From the IMG/VR virus record IMGVR_UViG_3300028908_000009, positions 2,786 through 66,785 of that record: a stretch of 64,000 bases of DNA; one strand, 5' to 3'. Under the pieces are notes generated by a model. It worked only from the letters and a program-made list of their open reading frames with translations, was not told the origin of the DNA and did not search any database. A program made the position numbers and the translations under genes. Shown here one piece after another: positions 9,001 through 17,039 of this stretch. The first letter of the stretch is position 1. The number at the start of each line of letters is the position of its first letter. The stretch comes from a virus.

Positions 9001-10943
9001 TCGCGGAAGAAGGCGTCGGTGTCGATCCCGAGCAGGCGATCGACCCTCCGAACACCCTCCGCCGAGCCGGCCAGCCGGCTGGCCTCCTCGATGACGGCCA
9101 CCGCACCGGTGTTGGCCGCCGCCAGCTCGGCGTCCGACATGGTGCCCAGGGCCGGCCGGAGGAACTCCAGGTCCTCCGCCACCTTCTCGGCCACCTCGAT
9201 CGGGCGCGGGTCGCCCGTCGCGTCCACGGCCTCCCTCGCGTGCCGGCGGGCCGTGTCGAGCCGCGCCGAGGCCCAGAGAGGCGAGGCCGCCATCTGCGGG
9301 TCCCGGACGCCCTGGGGCTCCGGGGCGGGCGCGGGAGGCCCCTCCGCGCGCGTGAGCGGCCGGACCTCCGGGATCGGCGTCTGGAGCACGCCCGGCGTCG
9401 CCCGGGGCACGGGCTCGACCGGGGGAGCCGGCGGCGGCGTGGCGGCCGCTTCCCCGGCTTCGAGGAGCGGGCGCTCCCCGGCCCGGGCGGCCAGCTCCGG
9501 CACCGGTCCCTGGGGCACGGGCCGCCCGGCGAGCAGCTCGCCGCCGAGCCGGCCCGCCGCAGCCAGCGGGCCGAAGAGGGCGGCCCCACGGGCGATGGCG
9601 GACGCCTCGGCCCCGAGGGCCTGCCCGGGGGTGATCTCCCCGGACAGGGTCCGGCCGGCCAGCTCCGGGGCCGCGTAGGCCCCCGTGAACCCGCCGGCCA
9701 CGGTAGCGTGCCGGACGCCGGACGCCCCGGCCTTCAGGGCCAGCTCGCCGATCCGCCGGCCGGCCGTCTGGCGAACGATCCGAAGCCCCAGCTTCCCGCC
9801 CTGCCGCTTCGCCACGCTCCGCAGCAGGTCGATGGCCCGGTCCACCAGGACCTGGTCCGCCTCGGGCGGGAGGATCACCTTCATCCCGCCCTTCCCCCCG
9901 ACCACCCGCGCGCCGGCCCGGTCGAGCATCTCCGCCGCCCGGGACAGCTCCCAGGTGGAGAGCCCGAGCTCCCGGGAGCCGAACCGCCCGGTGACGGAGA
10001 ACAGCCGGCGGAGGACCGGCCCGAACGCCTCGGCGACGGTGCTGCCGCCCACCTGGACGGCCAGCTTCTCCAGCGGGGAGGCCAGGAGGTTCCCCGCCCG
10101 CAGCAGGCCCCGACCGAGGAGGCCGGCCGGGCCGGAGAACAGCATCCCCGCGACCTCGGCCTTCGTCCGGGCCTCCCGGGGGACGCCGCCCAAGAGGGAG
10201 AACTCCTCCTCCGCCCGCCGCCAGCGCTCGGAGAGGGCCGGCAGGTTGAGCGCCCAGCCGCGCACCCCGGCCATCCCCATCGCCGCCGCGCCCGCCCACG
10301 GGTGCTGCTGGCGGGAGAGGATGAGCGCCCGCGTTCGCAGCCGGCGGGAGAGGTCCGGGTCGTTCTCCTCGCCCTCGAAGATGGGGACCCACACGGTGCG
10401 CCCGGGAGCCCCCGGGCCGGGCAGCGCGGTGCCGGCCAGGCCGAGCCGCCCGGCCTCCTCCCGCTCGGGCCCAGGCAGCTCCCGCGAGGGGGCGAGGTGG
10501 TAGGGCCGGATGGAGATGACCCGCCGGCGCTGCATCGAGGAGTACGGCTGCCGCACCGTGCGCCCGAGGCCACCGGGGACGTGGCGGTCCTCCCACCCTT
10601 CCGGCGGCACCATCTCGCCGCCCGGGGGCTGGATCGCCCCCTGCTGGAGCATTCGGAGCGTCTCGCCGCCGATCTCCCGGAAGCGCCGGCCGGCCTCGGG
10701 CGGAGGAGTCGCCGCCACCCGCCGAGCCAGCTCGGCCCGCATCCCCGCGAGCGGGTCTGCGACGGCGGGAGGCTGGAGCTCGGGCTGCCCGGGCGCTGGC
10801 TCGGTGGAAGCAGGAGAGGCCGCCGCGCCGGAGAGCGCGGGCTCCTTCGCGGGCGTCCCTCCCGCCGGCAGGTCGGGAGGGGCCGGCGGATTCGGCTGCT
10901 GGAACCTGGGATCGACTCCCGCGTTCAGCGGCGTGAGCGCCAT
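1..10943 (-). CDS. Giant polyvalent internal virion/ejection protein (>3,600 aa, runs off window): ART-like + GHKL ATPase + HExxH zincin domains
   Basis: ATG 10943 after AGGAGG; track lists no terminated ORF in this frame and antisense shadow ORFs (48, 480, 2580, 3276, 5649, 7209) are all in register; motifs IIFYHGT..LRNPL..GHDG, EAVQN/DDGDGM/GGFGIG/GTRI, VHEIAH. Confidence 0.88.
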   Translation of the reverse strand, partial: MALTPLNAGVDPRFQQPNPPAPPDLPAGGTPAKEPALSGAAASPASTEPAPGQPELQPPAVADPLAGMRAELARRVAATPPPEAGRRFREIGGETLRMLQQGAIQPPGGEMVPPEGWEDRHVPGGLGRTVRQPYSSMQRRRVISIRPYHLAPSRELPGPEREEAGRLGLAGTALPGPGAPGRTVWVPIFEGEENDPDLSRRLRTRALILSRQQHPWAGAAAMGMAGVRGWALNLPALSERWRRAEEEFSLLGGVPREARTKAEVAGMLFSGPAGLLGRGLLRAGNLLASPLEKLAVQVGGSTVAEAFGPVLRRLFSVTGRFGSRELGLSTWELSRAAEMLDRAGARVVGGKGGMKVILPPEADQVLVDRAIDLLRSVAKRQGGKLGLRIVRQTAGRRIGELALKAGASGVRHATVAGGFTGAYAAPELAGRTLSGEITPGQALGAEASAIARGAALFGPLAAAGRLGGELLAGRPVPQGPVPELAARAGERPLLEAGEAAATPPPAPPVEPVPRATPGVLQTPIPEVRPLTRAEGPPAPAPEPQGVRDPQMAASPLWASARLDTARRHAREAVDATGDPRPIEVAEKVAEDLEFLRPALGTMSDAELAAANTGAVAVIEEASRLAGSAEGVRRVDRLLGIDTDAFFREPGLRGPGVVEVAGRAAVVRWADELVQAANRHDVQLPDPPAMQDGSLPGLLAPALELAGRLDEAGVPVPPLVARDPRTGRVRVYRWEDVQALGADLPQFLRGEDRPNEFTALRERVKAKTRARLEDLGPREVVATFTSGAEAKPVRTVLTREEARAIEADGEGPAPEPVRGDINIPLGKELAVPSARDWETRPWEAAKQQKVAASRAFAGFDEEQPIAIGVARTPSGDRLAVVQWAGEPWFQDRSGRITPVRYHDLAGPGWSFTPVPGLPVRWELTDRGELRLAEVDPRAAAEFEQARREMMGVEPDILSRAAEAVERLESPRELTKGEVQALRDTISELEEELPEAPPGPDVVERDGSDAAAVLRQADGYEKAGGWLAARQFVRQAKKVLNARAKAEDATEPTIATPVWQQQAMEVGDDDSTWPIWKWVQDSVLVHPDGSPIIFYHGTADPTFLQYEKERLGEVTGAYSARMAVWAATDPVTSRSFTELALNKLAWAAEKALPAEPHFSRTAARDDFKVFFKYQKQIIVRRAYVGESEEARRRRLEMWKTAVEELRRRWPQLVEKTFTGSVPSSFPLEWATLPSGSVLRKSLHTFFHKPSYRNPLRFGEESRDPLGEVSDGLIWWALRIKADLKRGYRSSPPTEVRTSQGIAAYVSTISGLGFLAMVSGPDKVRRAMKEVLASSGTWGAEARRLLESMPKLRWLVDKNAPLPPRIPLPWNLEEGEVPTPLQMMKAQQRYLAEYVEPATWTLLTKLDASPGNRAPLLGVLHAALEKAAKPIVKNQLLDADPMKRGLAALLAWPGFQHDLYEGPFVFIVEMGFLNHPDPRVREAWLYMTTRRAAFTWAVPTGLLFHTIFGASHATFTSSNIGNIARMALTNKGLGFAPLEPLEKRAIQVLVEEGIFRLPERQAFDPATLDELYSEEVLDFPPGYDDTEAAEADQWIDSMWRWWCAYGLGGREFVQRLLGSGALTHLARAYDFAASLDTGFPLHRLETFGTIALMDGPGRYTARDIPPEVQSLPEFEALKAAARRIEEGDKESAAIDHAAMLMADLGQAIVRRLGWTGGQVVRLYYTLLDAAFTNLADKEFLEKYGVYLDAVLEGYDTLLYHVLLSPIAHVAMAMPRVALMDRTLYENELEIPYNASHAPYVLGMRLIGRLLFRLPKFLDADLDDPVPEGFVEAARDLFTSLPREWFREPPLDMSGEQPDPDDYFVKLVHARGLIQLNLIRRNAVRLRNPLIVPAKGKPWNLVGMGENVDRAIKGGHDGAIFTDLVDLGPPNDIVAVLDPENIRIIDAHNEDELYPPQPNEWREQPMEAGEPQEEVRGEINISNVLHDQTAGRYQSHPVGVAIREAVQNALGAVRRRHGGTGGRIRLAVDPANLALTVEDDGDGMSPETIRKHFLSLANVKIQEKEGTVGGFGIGAKAIFVFSEVQVWTNDGSTVTELEVDPHEYRQTMKARMTTRPARPDDPMGTRITMRFPSMLFDMERDRETDILRWKYPPEARLPGYIDGAPPNDAELAGKQMHDFLESLPGPALNRFLRPTMEWALTLQSYAELGLLDQAVRFEFEIPDAWKGLVMGDDPRASIQNLSIGTIAPEGSRLAELAERWWWYCSPDERRAELVTSLVEALGSGHLLSTPLQQLVMGLNSGPSRAMSFFPLPVLKKALKSLGLPVPGWLDNEGATRPLVGNDAYDFWRGEGVDASDIGLVPLPEIAGAIEGSLKKSNVQVWGIGQKSTGAILPSHSRMIIAHISIRGLPQFTMPVISLLGNQTVQIVNQLGSALFIDIDPEVPERDAEYPFLPSREDLKANYQSSVQNIIREKIDSFVQDAARRLSIKYVEESYGELPPTSVHAGGKPQKFHLFRTTDVFDKDPGGKLVVKGIREGKFFTSILSVLARLRVDVESLLGKHGLPAKEELGLGSIPLPGQVGFGLQRFTYSVNPFLGWELTDKPNVLGYSRSVPLDWLEEGERVKVLREILGEGFPVEEMNASRALRGYVLNPITILRHAGFDRHDVVKLQRWAEGELSPEEDEVVTSYLRVHVERIVDTFFEVAVHEIAHGGGAFDHTAPEWQWAVQQLTRYAAPMLARLGKELIDTLMADRQALVEAVRVTKTAWALYEKEKNTFGHIPIKGMSSEESGQEQAGRTGAAPAADDLPELRGAPGGGRHLPGPDADRRGIPVSPNDALAGEAGGPGRGEALPDGSGQLAARAPREGSDVGRDRRPSLAARPAGRIWRKLRWFRLPVWREDLPELLADRKPSAPGARYVGEDPFAWPGHLAYVYSLGLSLRLSHPPGGGGFLLAWEDEADAVDALAVNGHGYVHEVRVFPGNPLVLEVSAEGDDIVNVPGTLRGFVTARYGGDLARFVRDLREGLHPTKPPSRPVVEFLRWLWDDSGSTFDAVHIVVPGRPAVTVVKDSSTVLPLAVAGKKLTAVEVQELADLRNLRMVDYWAALQAGSEWANRWDVPVKTRLYLQLDADHWRQPAVPVLRGGRQRNVEQKEVFLGEGNWVDVRGVQSLYLDARATEARLVRLLDLGAIPRRVWSRLDSEKVHERNLTIRQVLRQVPRMAESLGLDPADALPDGVVLRATLHGNEPAVVVFDRSRLRDLGEFAPGAWRQMAMTAAGGPAPWKMPWPLWKALHPDASKREHLLAIAEALEKGLPVPTSVLQSYDGMYEMVMEKDPRLLALDLARRGEGLPEWAFEILSDAERAAWIVRRIGQLSMPGGRYRQVRKAHLLRALRKLGLPMADGSRIFPFGWEPPLDLLPQIDEALIAALKRHKLLVSATQKLRTELDAMRGIARRRGEGRKLSLEEAAEIVAQWSRDPSKLSELHPDLLYAVARHFHFLDTVDDPYTVLPPVTMAHQDDQGRPNEKARELMDRVLRNYSKLREAALDEAETADMRVIRENIEAVNPTLRKGKRLGPVKWTKLIIADLLAETRTLLLTMENLSAHTKRMEAVIGPELQAPTPRLLYERIAEGELERNPWALHRAALMGRLVWLKQIL
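2138..2602 (-). CDS. Nested alternate-frame gene inside the giant ORF, unknown function
   Basis: GTG with AAGGGG upstream; first ~95 codons have G/C third positions and globular composition while the giant frame becomes a G/R/A/P linker there. Confidence 0.7.
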   Translation of the reverse strand: MKKVDKSKLEELGLHLPPTIYLSSEEHRAEVGIFLALMRTDGVSPYLRTMLWRAKREGLDVEKLYRMAVDSLPPERRAKAPMWEGIAGLLSRPDPLAGSGESSGGSGSPSGERTSPSSSPTGSPPPPEPGTSGKTPSPGPGTSPTSTPSGSPSA

Positions 10944-10956
10944 CGTCTCGATCCTC

Positions 10957-13257
10957 CTACTGTGCCGGGGCGGGCTGGGCCTGGGGGGGCTGGGCCTGGG
11001 GCTGTACCCCGATGTAGGGCGAGAGCTGCTGCCGGATCTCCTCGCCGGACAGGGCGGACCCGAAGGTCGTGCTGATCCACCCGCCGCCCGTCGCGGTCTC
11101 GTCCATCCACCGCTGCGTGATCATCGCCGCGAGCCTGGGATCCTGCGTGATCTCCAGCGCCTTCTGGTACACGAAGCCCACCACGTCGGCCCCGTACTGG
11201 TTGATCAGCTCGGCGTTGCCGCCCTGGAGGCCGTTCTCGATGAAGAACCGGAGGGTCGTACCCTTCGGCGCACCGGGCGGGGTCCATCGGTCCGCTTCCA
11301 GCGCGACCTGGCCCTGGAGCCGGCGGTACGCCTCCCCGGGATCGAGCACCGCCTCGGGCGGGTGCCCCCCGGGCATCCTGTCGGAGAGGGCCGCGTCCCG
11401 GAGGTACGACAGCTCCTGGAGCCGCGACTGGAGCCTGAGGATGGTCGAGTCGATGTCGGAGATGGCGTCCCGGTAGATCATCCGGGCTCGCGGGGACCAG
11501 GTCTCGTGGTAGGCCATCTCGTAGGCGGCCTTGGTGTTTTCGAGCTGCCGGAGCTGGGCGGCGATGTGGCCCGCCGTCTCGTCCACCAGGCGCGCGCTAT
11601 CGACGCGGCCCCGGCGGATCTGCTCCTGGATCTGGGCGATCTGCGCGTCCGTCCGCTCGATCGTCTTCCGGTTGGCGTCGATCGTCGCCTCGACGCGCCG
11701 GACCTCGGCCTCGGCCATCTGCTCGTTCCGCTTCTCCTCCTCGCGCAGGCGGAGAACGTGGTCTCGCAGCTCGGGGTCCTTCTCCCACTCGGGGTAGAGC
11801 GAGGTGATGACCGACGAGCCGACGCCGCCCTTGCGCGTGATGTCGGTGGCCTTCAGCAGGGTCGCGGCCTTCCTCTCCCGCAGCTCGTACTCGTGTTTCC
11901 CCTGGCTGTACCGGGCCGTCCACTGCTGGAGGGCCTTCTCCGCAGCCTCCAGCTCCTCGGGCGTCTGGATGTCCGCCGGGATCTCGGGCAGCCCCTCGGT
12001 ATCGACGGGGATGCCGTCCTTTGCCATCTGGTCCAGCAGCTCCCGGTGGCGGCGGTGGAACTCCTGCACCTGCTGGCGGAAGAGCAGGCCCTCCTGCTTC
12101 TTCTCCATCCGCCGGCCGATCATCATCTCCCGCAGGAGCTGGAGGCCGGTCCGCACGGCGGCCTGCCGCCCGGCGTGGGCCTGCGAGAGCATCTGCATCG
12201 CCATCTCCGGGTGCTGGATGGCGAGGATGGCGATGCCCAGCCGCTGGGAAGGGGACAGCTCGGCCGCTTCGAGCACCCCCTTCATGTATCTCTCGAACTC
12301 CTCCTTGTTGACGCCGGGGGGCAGCTCACCCTCTTCCTCGTCGGGCACGATGTCCTTCGCCGCCTGGAGGGGATTCTCCTCGACCTCCTCCTCCGGGACC
12401 GGCTCCCCACGCTCATCGACGAGCGTCTCGCCGGGCTCCTCCTCCGAGGCCGGCTCGGCGGTGGGCTGGGCACCCTCGGCGGCCCCGGACGGTTCCTCCG
12501 TCGAAGGGGCCTCCCCCGTGGCCTGGGAGGGAGCAGCCCCCTCCGTGGTGCCCGCCACGAGCTCCCGCTCCATCAGGGACTTCACCCGCTCGGCGTGCCC
12601 CCGCGACTCCTCCGGCCACTCCTCCGGCGACTTCCCGATGACCTGGCCGGGCCCACCGTTGTAGGCGGCGAACACCTCCTCCGGCGTCTTCGCCCCGTAG
12701 TCGGCCTGGAGCCGCTTCAGGTAGCGCGCGGCGGCCCGGGCCTCCAGCTCCGGGTTCCCCAGCACCTCCTTGGGGTCCATCCCCACGTCCTTGACAGCCT
12801 GGGGGGTGAGCTGGAAGAGCCCGACGGCTCCCTTCTTGCTGACGGCGTCCAGGTTGCCGGAGGACTCCGCTCGGGCCAGGGCGCGCAGCGCAGCCGGATC
12901 GACGCCCTCCTCGTGCGCCACCCGCTCGACGAGCTGCCCCATGTCCGGGTCGAGCGGCGGGAACTTCCGCTCCAGCTCGTCGGCGGCGGGCTGCTGCTGG
13001 GGGGTGGAGGGGGGCTGCTGGACGGCGGGCTGCGCTGGGGCGACCAGGCCGGGAGGGGTCTCGCCCTGGAAGATCGCCGGGACCTGCGGGGTCGCGGGAG
13101 GCTCCGGCTCCGGGACTGCCGGGGGAGCGGTCGAGATGTCTTCCGCCGGGGCGTAGACGAGAGGGGTCTCCGGCTCCTGCCTGGCGGCTCCGAGGGCCTG
13201 GGCCAGGCCCTGGAGGAAGTCCAGCGTGTAGGGCTGCCCGACGTCGGTCGAGAACAT
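10957..13257 (-). CDS. Internal virion protein with lytic transglycosylase (SLT) domain and coiled coil
   Basis: AESS..AVS.KGAVGLFQL and AAYNGGPG motifs; GGAGG before MFSTD. Confidence 0.88.
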   Translation of the reverse strand: MFSTDVGQPYTLDFLQGLAQALGAARQEPETPLVYAPAEDISTAPPAVPEPEPPATPQVPAIFQGETPPGLVAPAQPAVQQPPSTPQQQPAADELERKFPPLDPDMGQLVERVAHEEGVDPAALRALARAESSGNLDAVSKKGAVGLFQLTPQAVKDVGMDPKEVLGNPELEARAAARYLKRLQADYGAKTPEEVFAAYNGGPGQVIGKSPEEWPEESRGHAERVKSLMERELVAGTTEGAAPSQATGEAPSTEEPSGAAEGAQPTAEPASEEEPGETLVDERGEPVPEEEVEENPLQAAKDIVPDEEEGELPPGVNKEEFERYMKGVLEAAELSPSQRLGIAILAIQHPEMAMQMLSQAHAGRQAAVRTGLQLLREMMIGRRMEKKQEGLLFRQQVQEFHRRHRELLDQMAKDGIPVDTEGLPEIPADIQTPEELEAAEKALQQWTARYSQGKHEYELRERKAATLLKATDITRKGGVGSSVITSLYPEWEKDPELRDHVLRLREEEKRNEQMAEAEVRRVEATIDANRKTIERTDAQIAQIQEQIRRGRVDSARLVDETAGHIAAQLRQLENTKAAYEMAYHETWSPRARMIYRDAISDIDSTILRLQSRLQELSYLRDAALSDRMPGGHPPEAVLDPGEAYRRLQGQVALEADRWTPPGAPKGTTLRFFIENGLQGGNAELINQYGADVVGFVYQKALEITQDPRLAAMITQRWMDETATGGGWISTTFGSALSGEEIRQQLSPYIGVQPQAQPPQAQPAPAQ

Positions 13258-13270
13258 CTTCCGTCCTCCG

Positions 13271-13951
13271 CTAGCCGAAGAGCTTCTTCCCGACGCTGCC
13301 GCCGAGGAGGCCACCGATGAAGTTCCCGAGGCCGCCGGCCGCACCGCCGCCCGTCTGGGGAGCGCCGGGGATCGGGGCACCGATCAGCGTCTGCGCCTCG
13401 CCGAGCTGCTTGGCGATGAGCTGCTGGATCATGTTCTGGAACAGGTTCCCCGCGAGCCCGATGTCCTGCCGGCGGAGCCCCTCCTGGAGATCCGCGAGCT
13501 GCCGGTACGCCTGGTTCGCCTGGTTCTGGGCGTTCAGCAGGCCGGAGGTGAGCATCGCCCCCGGGACCCCCACGCCCCCGGCCGCAGTGTTCAGGTCGGG
13601 AGCCACGCCGGCCTGCATGGCCGCCCCCGGGATGGCGGCGCGCATCATCCCCATCATCCGGTTCTGTGCCTCCGCGATCCGCTCCTGGTGCTGCGGCCCG
13701 AGCTGGCCGGGGTTCTGGAGCATCGAGAGCATCTGCTGGACGAGCGCACCACCGACCGGCGACTGCCCGCCCTGGAAAAGCCCGGGGGCGAACATGCTGC
13801 CGGCCTGAAGATATGCCCCGGGGGAGATCCGCTGCTTCCCCTGCCGGTAGTGCTGCTTCGCCATCTTGTACGGGAGCATCGACGCCCGCGACTGCTTGCT
13901 CGCGCCGAGCAGGCTGGCCGCCGCACCGATCGCCGGAACTGCCCAGGCCAT
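13271..13951 (-). CDS. Putative DNA ejection/pilot protein
   Basis: G/A/Q-rich, hydrophobic N-terminus, position between nozzle and SLT genes. Confidence 0.6.
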   Translation of the reverse strand: MAWAVPAIGAAASLLGASKQSRASMLPYKMAKQHYRQGKQRISPGAYLQAGSMFAPGLFQGGQSPVGGALVQQMLSMLQNPGQLGPQHQERIAEAQNRMMGMMRAAIPGAAMQAGVAPDLNTAAGGVGVPGAMLTSGLLNAQNQANQAYRQLADLQEGLRRQDIGLAGNLFQNMIQQLIAKQLGEAQTLIGAPIPGAPQTGGGAAGGLGNFIGGLLGGSVGKKLFG

Positions 13952-13953
13952 CG

Positions 13954-16488
13954 TCAACCCTCCACTGGCCCGGCCGGGCGGATCTTCAGGGCGAGAGCCC
14001 CGATCGCGCCGGTGGCCTGGCCGGTATGCGTCAGCGTGAACTTCATGGACTGCCCTCCGCCGCTCCTGGCCGCCTCGAAGGTGGAAAGGCGCTCTCCGGT
14101 GAGAGGGATGGCACTCTGGACGAGGTGCTGCGAGGTCCCGGTCCGGTCGGTACGGCCCCGGAGTTCGAGCACCAGGGTGTGGTCTCCCCAGTCGCTATGG
14201 TAGCACGCGCCCCGCAGGACCTCCGCGTACTCCAGCGGGCCGGCGGGGTAGATCCAGCCGGTTTCGAGGACGGAGACGATGTCGCCCCCGAGCCCGGCGA
14301 ACTCGGCCTCGTCCGCCGCTCCGCGCATCTCGACGTAGACCTTTCCCTCCGAGGACAGCGACCACATCCGGAAGATCGCGGAGTGCTCTCCCGGCGCGAG
14401 GTCCACGAGCCGCTTCGAGTTGTCCGACACGACGTGGGGGCCGCTGGCCTTCGGGACGGGCTTCGAGGACTCCGAGAACTGGACCCAGTGCTCCGGCGCG
14501 ACGTGGAACCAGATCTCCCGCCGGTTTCCGTCGGGGTCGTAATACTGGAACCGCAGGATCTGGTTCGCGGTGTCGTAGGCCAGGACCGTCTCGTCGAGCC
14601 GGCTCGTATCGACATCCCTGTCCCAATCGAGCGAGAGGGTGACCTTCATCACGCCGACGCCGCGCTCCGAGGGCAGGCCGCCGTCCGTCATCCAGATCCC
14701 GTTGTCCGCGACCCAGAAGACCAGCGGGTAGCCGTCGAAGGCGTGGGCCAGGCAGACGGAGGATGGCGTCCCGGCGAGCCCGATCGCCGGCGAGAGGATC
14801 GTGACCTCCATGTCCGTCAGATCGAAGGAGGGTTGGTTGGCGAAGGGGAGCCCCCGGATCCGGAACACCTGGTTCCGGGAGAAGAGCAGCATCACGTCGC
14901 CGAGGGAGATGATCGCCTTCAACCGATCCTGCCGTTCCGTCGGGAGCAGGCGGACCGTCTGGACCGTGGTGGGCCAGTATTCCGGCCATCCCGGCAGGCT
15001 CCAGTAGATCCGCCGCGTATCCTCTGCCGAAATGCCCACGATCGCTCCTTGGTACAGACAGGCGTCCAGCAGCGTCGGCGGCGTCCCGCAGGCATCGACG
15101 GCCAGCGCGCCGGCGAACACGACGAAGAGTGGCGGCGTGCCGAGGGAATCGTAGGGCACCGTGAAGTCGTCGAGGAAGGTCTCGTCCTCCACGCCGATCT
15201 CGGCGATCATGCCCATGTCCGGCCAGCTACCGGTCGAGGTGGATCTGTAGATCCGCCGGTGGACGAGGTCGGAGGGATAGCCATGCTCCGGCAGGTTCTG
15301 CTTGTCCGGTAGGGTGAGTCTGATCCCGTAGTAGGTATCGCTCTCGGTGACGGTGATGCTGCGAACCGGGCAGGGGGCCGATTCCACTTCCACGGTCTGC
15401 CCGTCCGAGAGGGTCCGGCGGTAGATCTCCGTGACGACATAGTTGTAGGTGCCAGGCGGAACCTTCGTGCCATCCGGGCTCCCGCTGGACATCCAGATCT
15501 CGTAGACGTAGGCCGTCACGGGGATGGCCCCGACCCGGCCTTCCCCGATGTTCATGGCGGAGATCTTTACTCGCACGGAGCCAGAGTCCACGCCGGAACC
15601 GATGGTCGTCTGCACGGTCTGGCGGCGCGTTGCCGCACCATCGTAGATCTTCCGCCAGTTCGTGCCGCCATCCTCGGAGACGAAGACTCGGACGACGGAA
15701 GTACCGAAGGAGTACCCTCCGTAGTGCCAGTCGGCGAGACCGGACGGGTCGTACTTCCCATTGAACGTCTTGCCGTTCTGCCTGGACTTCTCTTCCCCCT
15801 TCAGCTCCACGTTCAGGATGAACCCCGAGACATCCGTCCCGCTGTCGAACGTCCAGTGGGCGGTGTGCCACCCGTCCGTGGTATGCAAATGAGCGGAGGC
15901 TGCCGTCTCCTTGTTTCCGTCGTAGGCCCACTCCAGGTGAATGAAGCCGGGGGAGGTATCGTTGGTGCCGGAAGTGGGCCGGAGGAGCGTGGGCGTGGAG
16001 GTGACACCCTCAATGGTCTCGATCTGCGCGGGTGCCAACATCCCGGCGAACCGCCAGTTCCCGTCGCGGTCGCGCACGAGCGCGCGGGAGGCAGCTCCCG
16101 TCAGCAACCACCACTGGTTCTGACCGTCGTGGAGAGCCCGGAGCCAGTCCCCCTCCCGCTCGAAGTCGTCGCCGTTGGCATCCTTCGCCGTCGAGAAGGA
16201 GAGGCCGGAGAGTGCCGCCTCCGCCTCGTAGAGACGCGAGTTCGCGTAGGCGACGAGCCAGTCAGCCTCGTCCTCGTACTGGAGGTGCTTCAGCCCGATG
16301 ACGTCCGTGCTCGTCCCCAGCGAGCCGGCCGCCTGCCGCCCGGGCACCTTCCAGATTCGGCTCTGGTCCCCGAGGCGGTAGTACCAGCCTCGCAAGCTGG
16401 AGACGGCTCCCGGGGGAAGACGTAGGGCATCTCCCCCCGTGTAGAGCCCCTTCTCGAACGTCAGCTCGACATGGTCCCGCTCGGCCAT
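13954..16488 (-). CDS. Tail nozzle / DNA stabilisation protein (tubular protein B-like)
   Basis: 844 aa beta-rich; IYWSLPGWPEYW-type propeller segment; synteny. Confidence 0.65.
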   Translation of the reverse strand: MAERDHVELTFEKGLYTGGDALRLPPGAVSSLRGWYYRLGDQSRIWKVPGRQAAGSLGTSTDVIGLKHLQYEDEADWLVAYANSRLYEAEAALSGLSFSTAKDANGDDFEREGDWLRALHDGQNQWWLLTGAASRALVRDRDGNWRFAGMLAPAQIETIEGVTSTPTLLRPTSGTNDTSPGFIHLEWAYDGNKETAASAHLHTTDGWHTAHWTFDSGTDVSGFILNVELKGEEKSRQNGKTFNGKYDPSGLADWHYGGYSFGTSVVRVFVSEDGGTNWRKIYDGAATRRQTVQTTIGSGVDSGSVRVKISAMNIGEGRVGAIPVTAYVYEIWMSSGSPDGTKVPPGTYNYVVTEIYRRTLSDGQTVEVESAPCPVRSITVTESDTYYGIRLTLPDKQNLPEHGYPSDLVHRRIYRSTSTGSWPDMGMIAEIGVEDETFLDDFTVPYDSLGTPPLFVVFAGALAVDACGTPPTLLDACLYQGAIVGISAEDTRRIYWSLPGWPEYWPTTVQTVRLLPTERQDRLKAIISLGDVMLLFSRNQVFRIRGLPFANQPSFDLTDMEVTILSPAIGLAGTPSSVCLAHAFDGYPLVFWVADNGIWMTDGGLPSERGVGVMKVTLSLDWDRDVDTSRLDETVLAYDTANQILRFQYYDPDGNRREIWFHVAPEHWVQFSESSKPVPKASGPHVVSDNSKRLVDLAPGEHSAIFRMWSLSSEGKVYVEMRGAADEAEFAGLGGDIVSVLETGWIYPAGPLEYAEVLRGACYHSDWGDHTLVLELRGRTDRTGTSQHLVQSAIPLTGERLSTFEAARSGGGQSMKFTLTHTGQATGAIGALALKIRPAGPVEG

Positions 16489-16491
16489 CGT

Positions 16492-16806
16492 CTACCCCTT
16501 CGGCTGCCACTCGACGTGGATGTGATCCGCTTCGAGGACGACGTCGAACTCGTCGCCGAGGACCTCGCGCAGGCGGTTGGTGACCTTCTGAACGCGCTCG
16601 GGGGGGAGGTTGGAGGTTCGGAGGTCCACGGCGTGGCCGACGTAGTGGAGGGAGGTCGGCGAGTGCTTCCCGTCCGAGCAGGAAGTGACGACCATCTCCT
16701 TCGCCTTGCCGGTCACCTCGTACACCCCCGCCGCCGCGTGGAGCGCGAGGACGAGCTGGGGGGCCAGCCCGAGCAGCCGGACCCCCGGCTTGAGCCGTAT
16801 TACCAT
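16492..16806 (-). CDS. Peptidase M15-like endolysin
   Basis: SLHYVGHAVD...DHIHVE zinc motifs; TGATG overlap with upstream gene. Confidence 0.85.
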   Translation of the reverse strand: MVIRLKPGVRLLGLAPQLVLALHAAAGVYEVTGKAKEMVVTSCSDGKHSPTSLHYVGHAVDLRTSNLPPERVQKVTNRLREVLGDEFDVVLEADHIHVEWQPKG

Positions 16807-17036
16807 CACCGCTTCCTCCGCTTCTTCTTGGCCGCCGAGATTCGCCGGATGCGGGGCGTGGAGCTCGTCGAGTTCCGCCGCGAGAGCCCGGCCTCCGACA
16901 GGGCGATGGCGATGGCCTGCTTCGGGTTCGTCACCTTCTGCCCGGAGGAGGACTTGAGCTTCCCCCGCTTGAACTCCCGCATCACCCGGCGAACCTTGGC
17001 CCGCTTGCCGCGCTTCGTCTTCGCCCGGGTCTTCAT
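16806..17036 (-). CDS. Small basic protein, DUF6496-like
   Basis: KVRRVMREFKRGKLKSSSGQKVTNPKQAIAIALSEA signature. Confidence 0.8.
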   Translation of the reverse strand: MKTRAKTKRGKRAKVRRVMREFKRGKLKSSSGQKVTNPKQAIAIALSEAGLSRRNSTSSTPRIRRISAAKKKRRKR

Positions 17037-17039
17037 CGG

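Noticed and set aside
7486-10596. 1036-aa minus ORF as another nested gene
   Set aside because: G/R/A/P filler; codon bias favours the giant frame throughout, unlike 2138-2602
48-13320. Long plus-strand ORFs (643, 746, 1288, 936 aa)
   Set aside because: Antisense shadows in register with real minus-strand genes, typical of high-GC DNA
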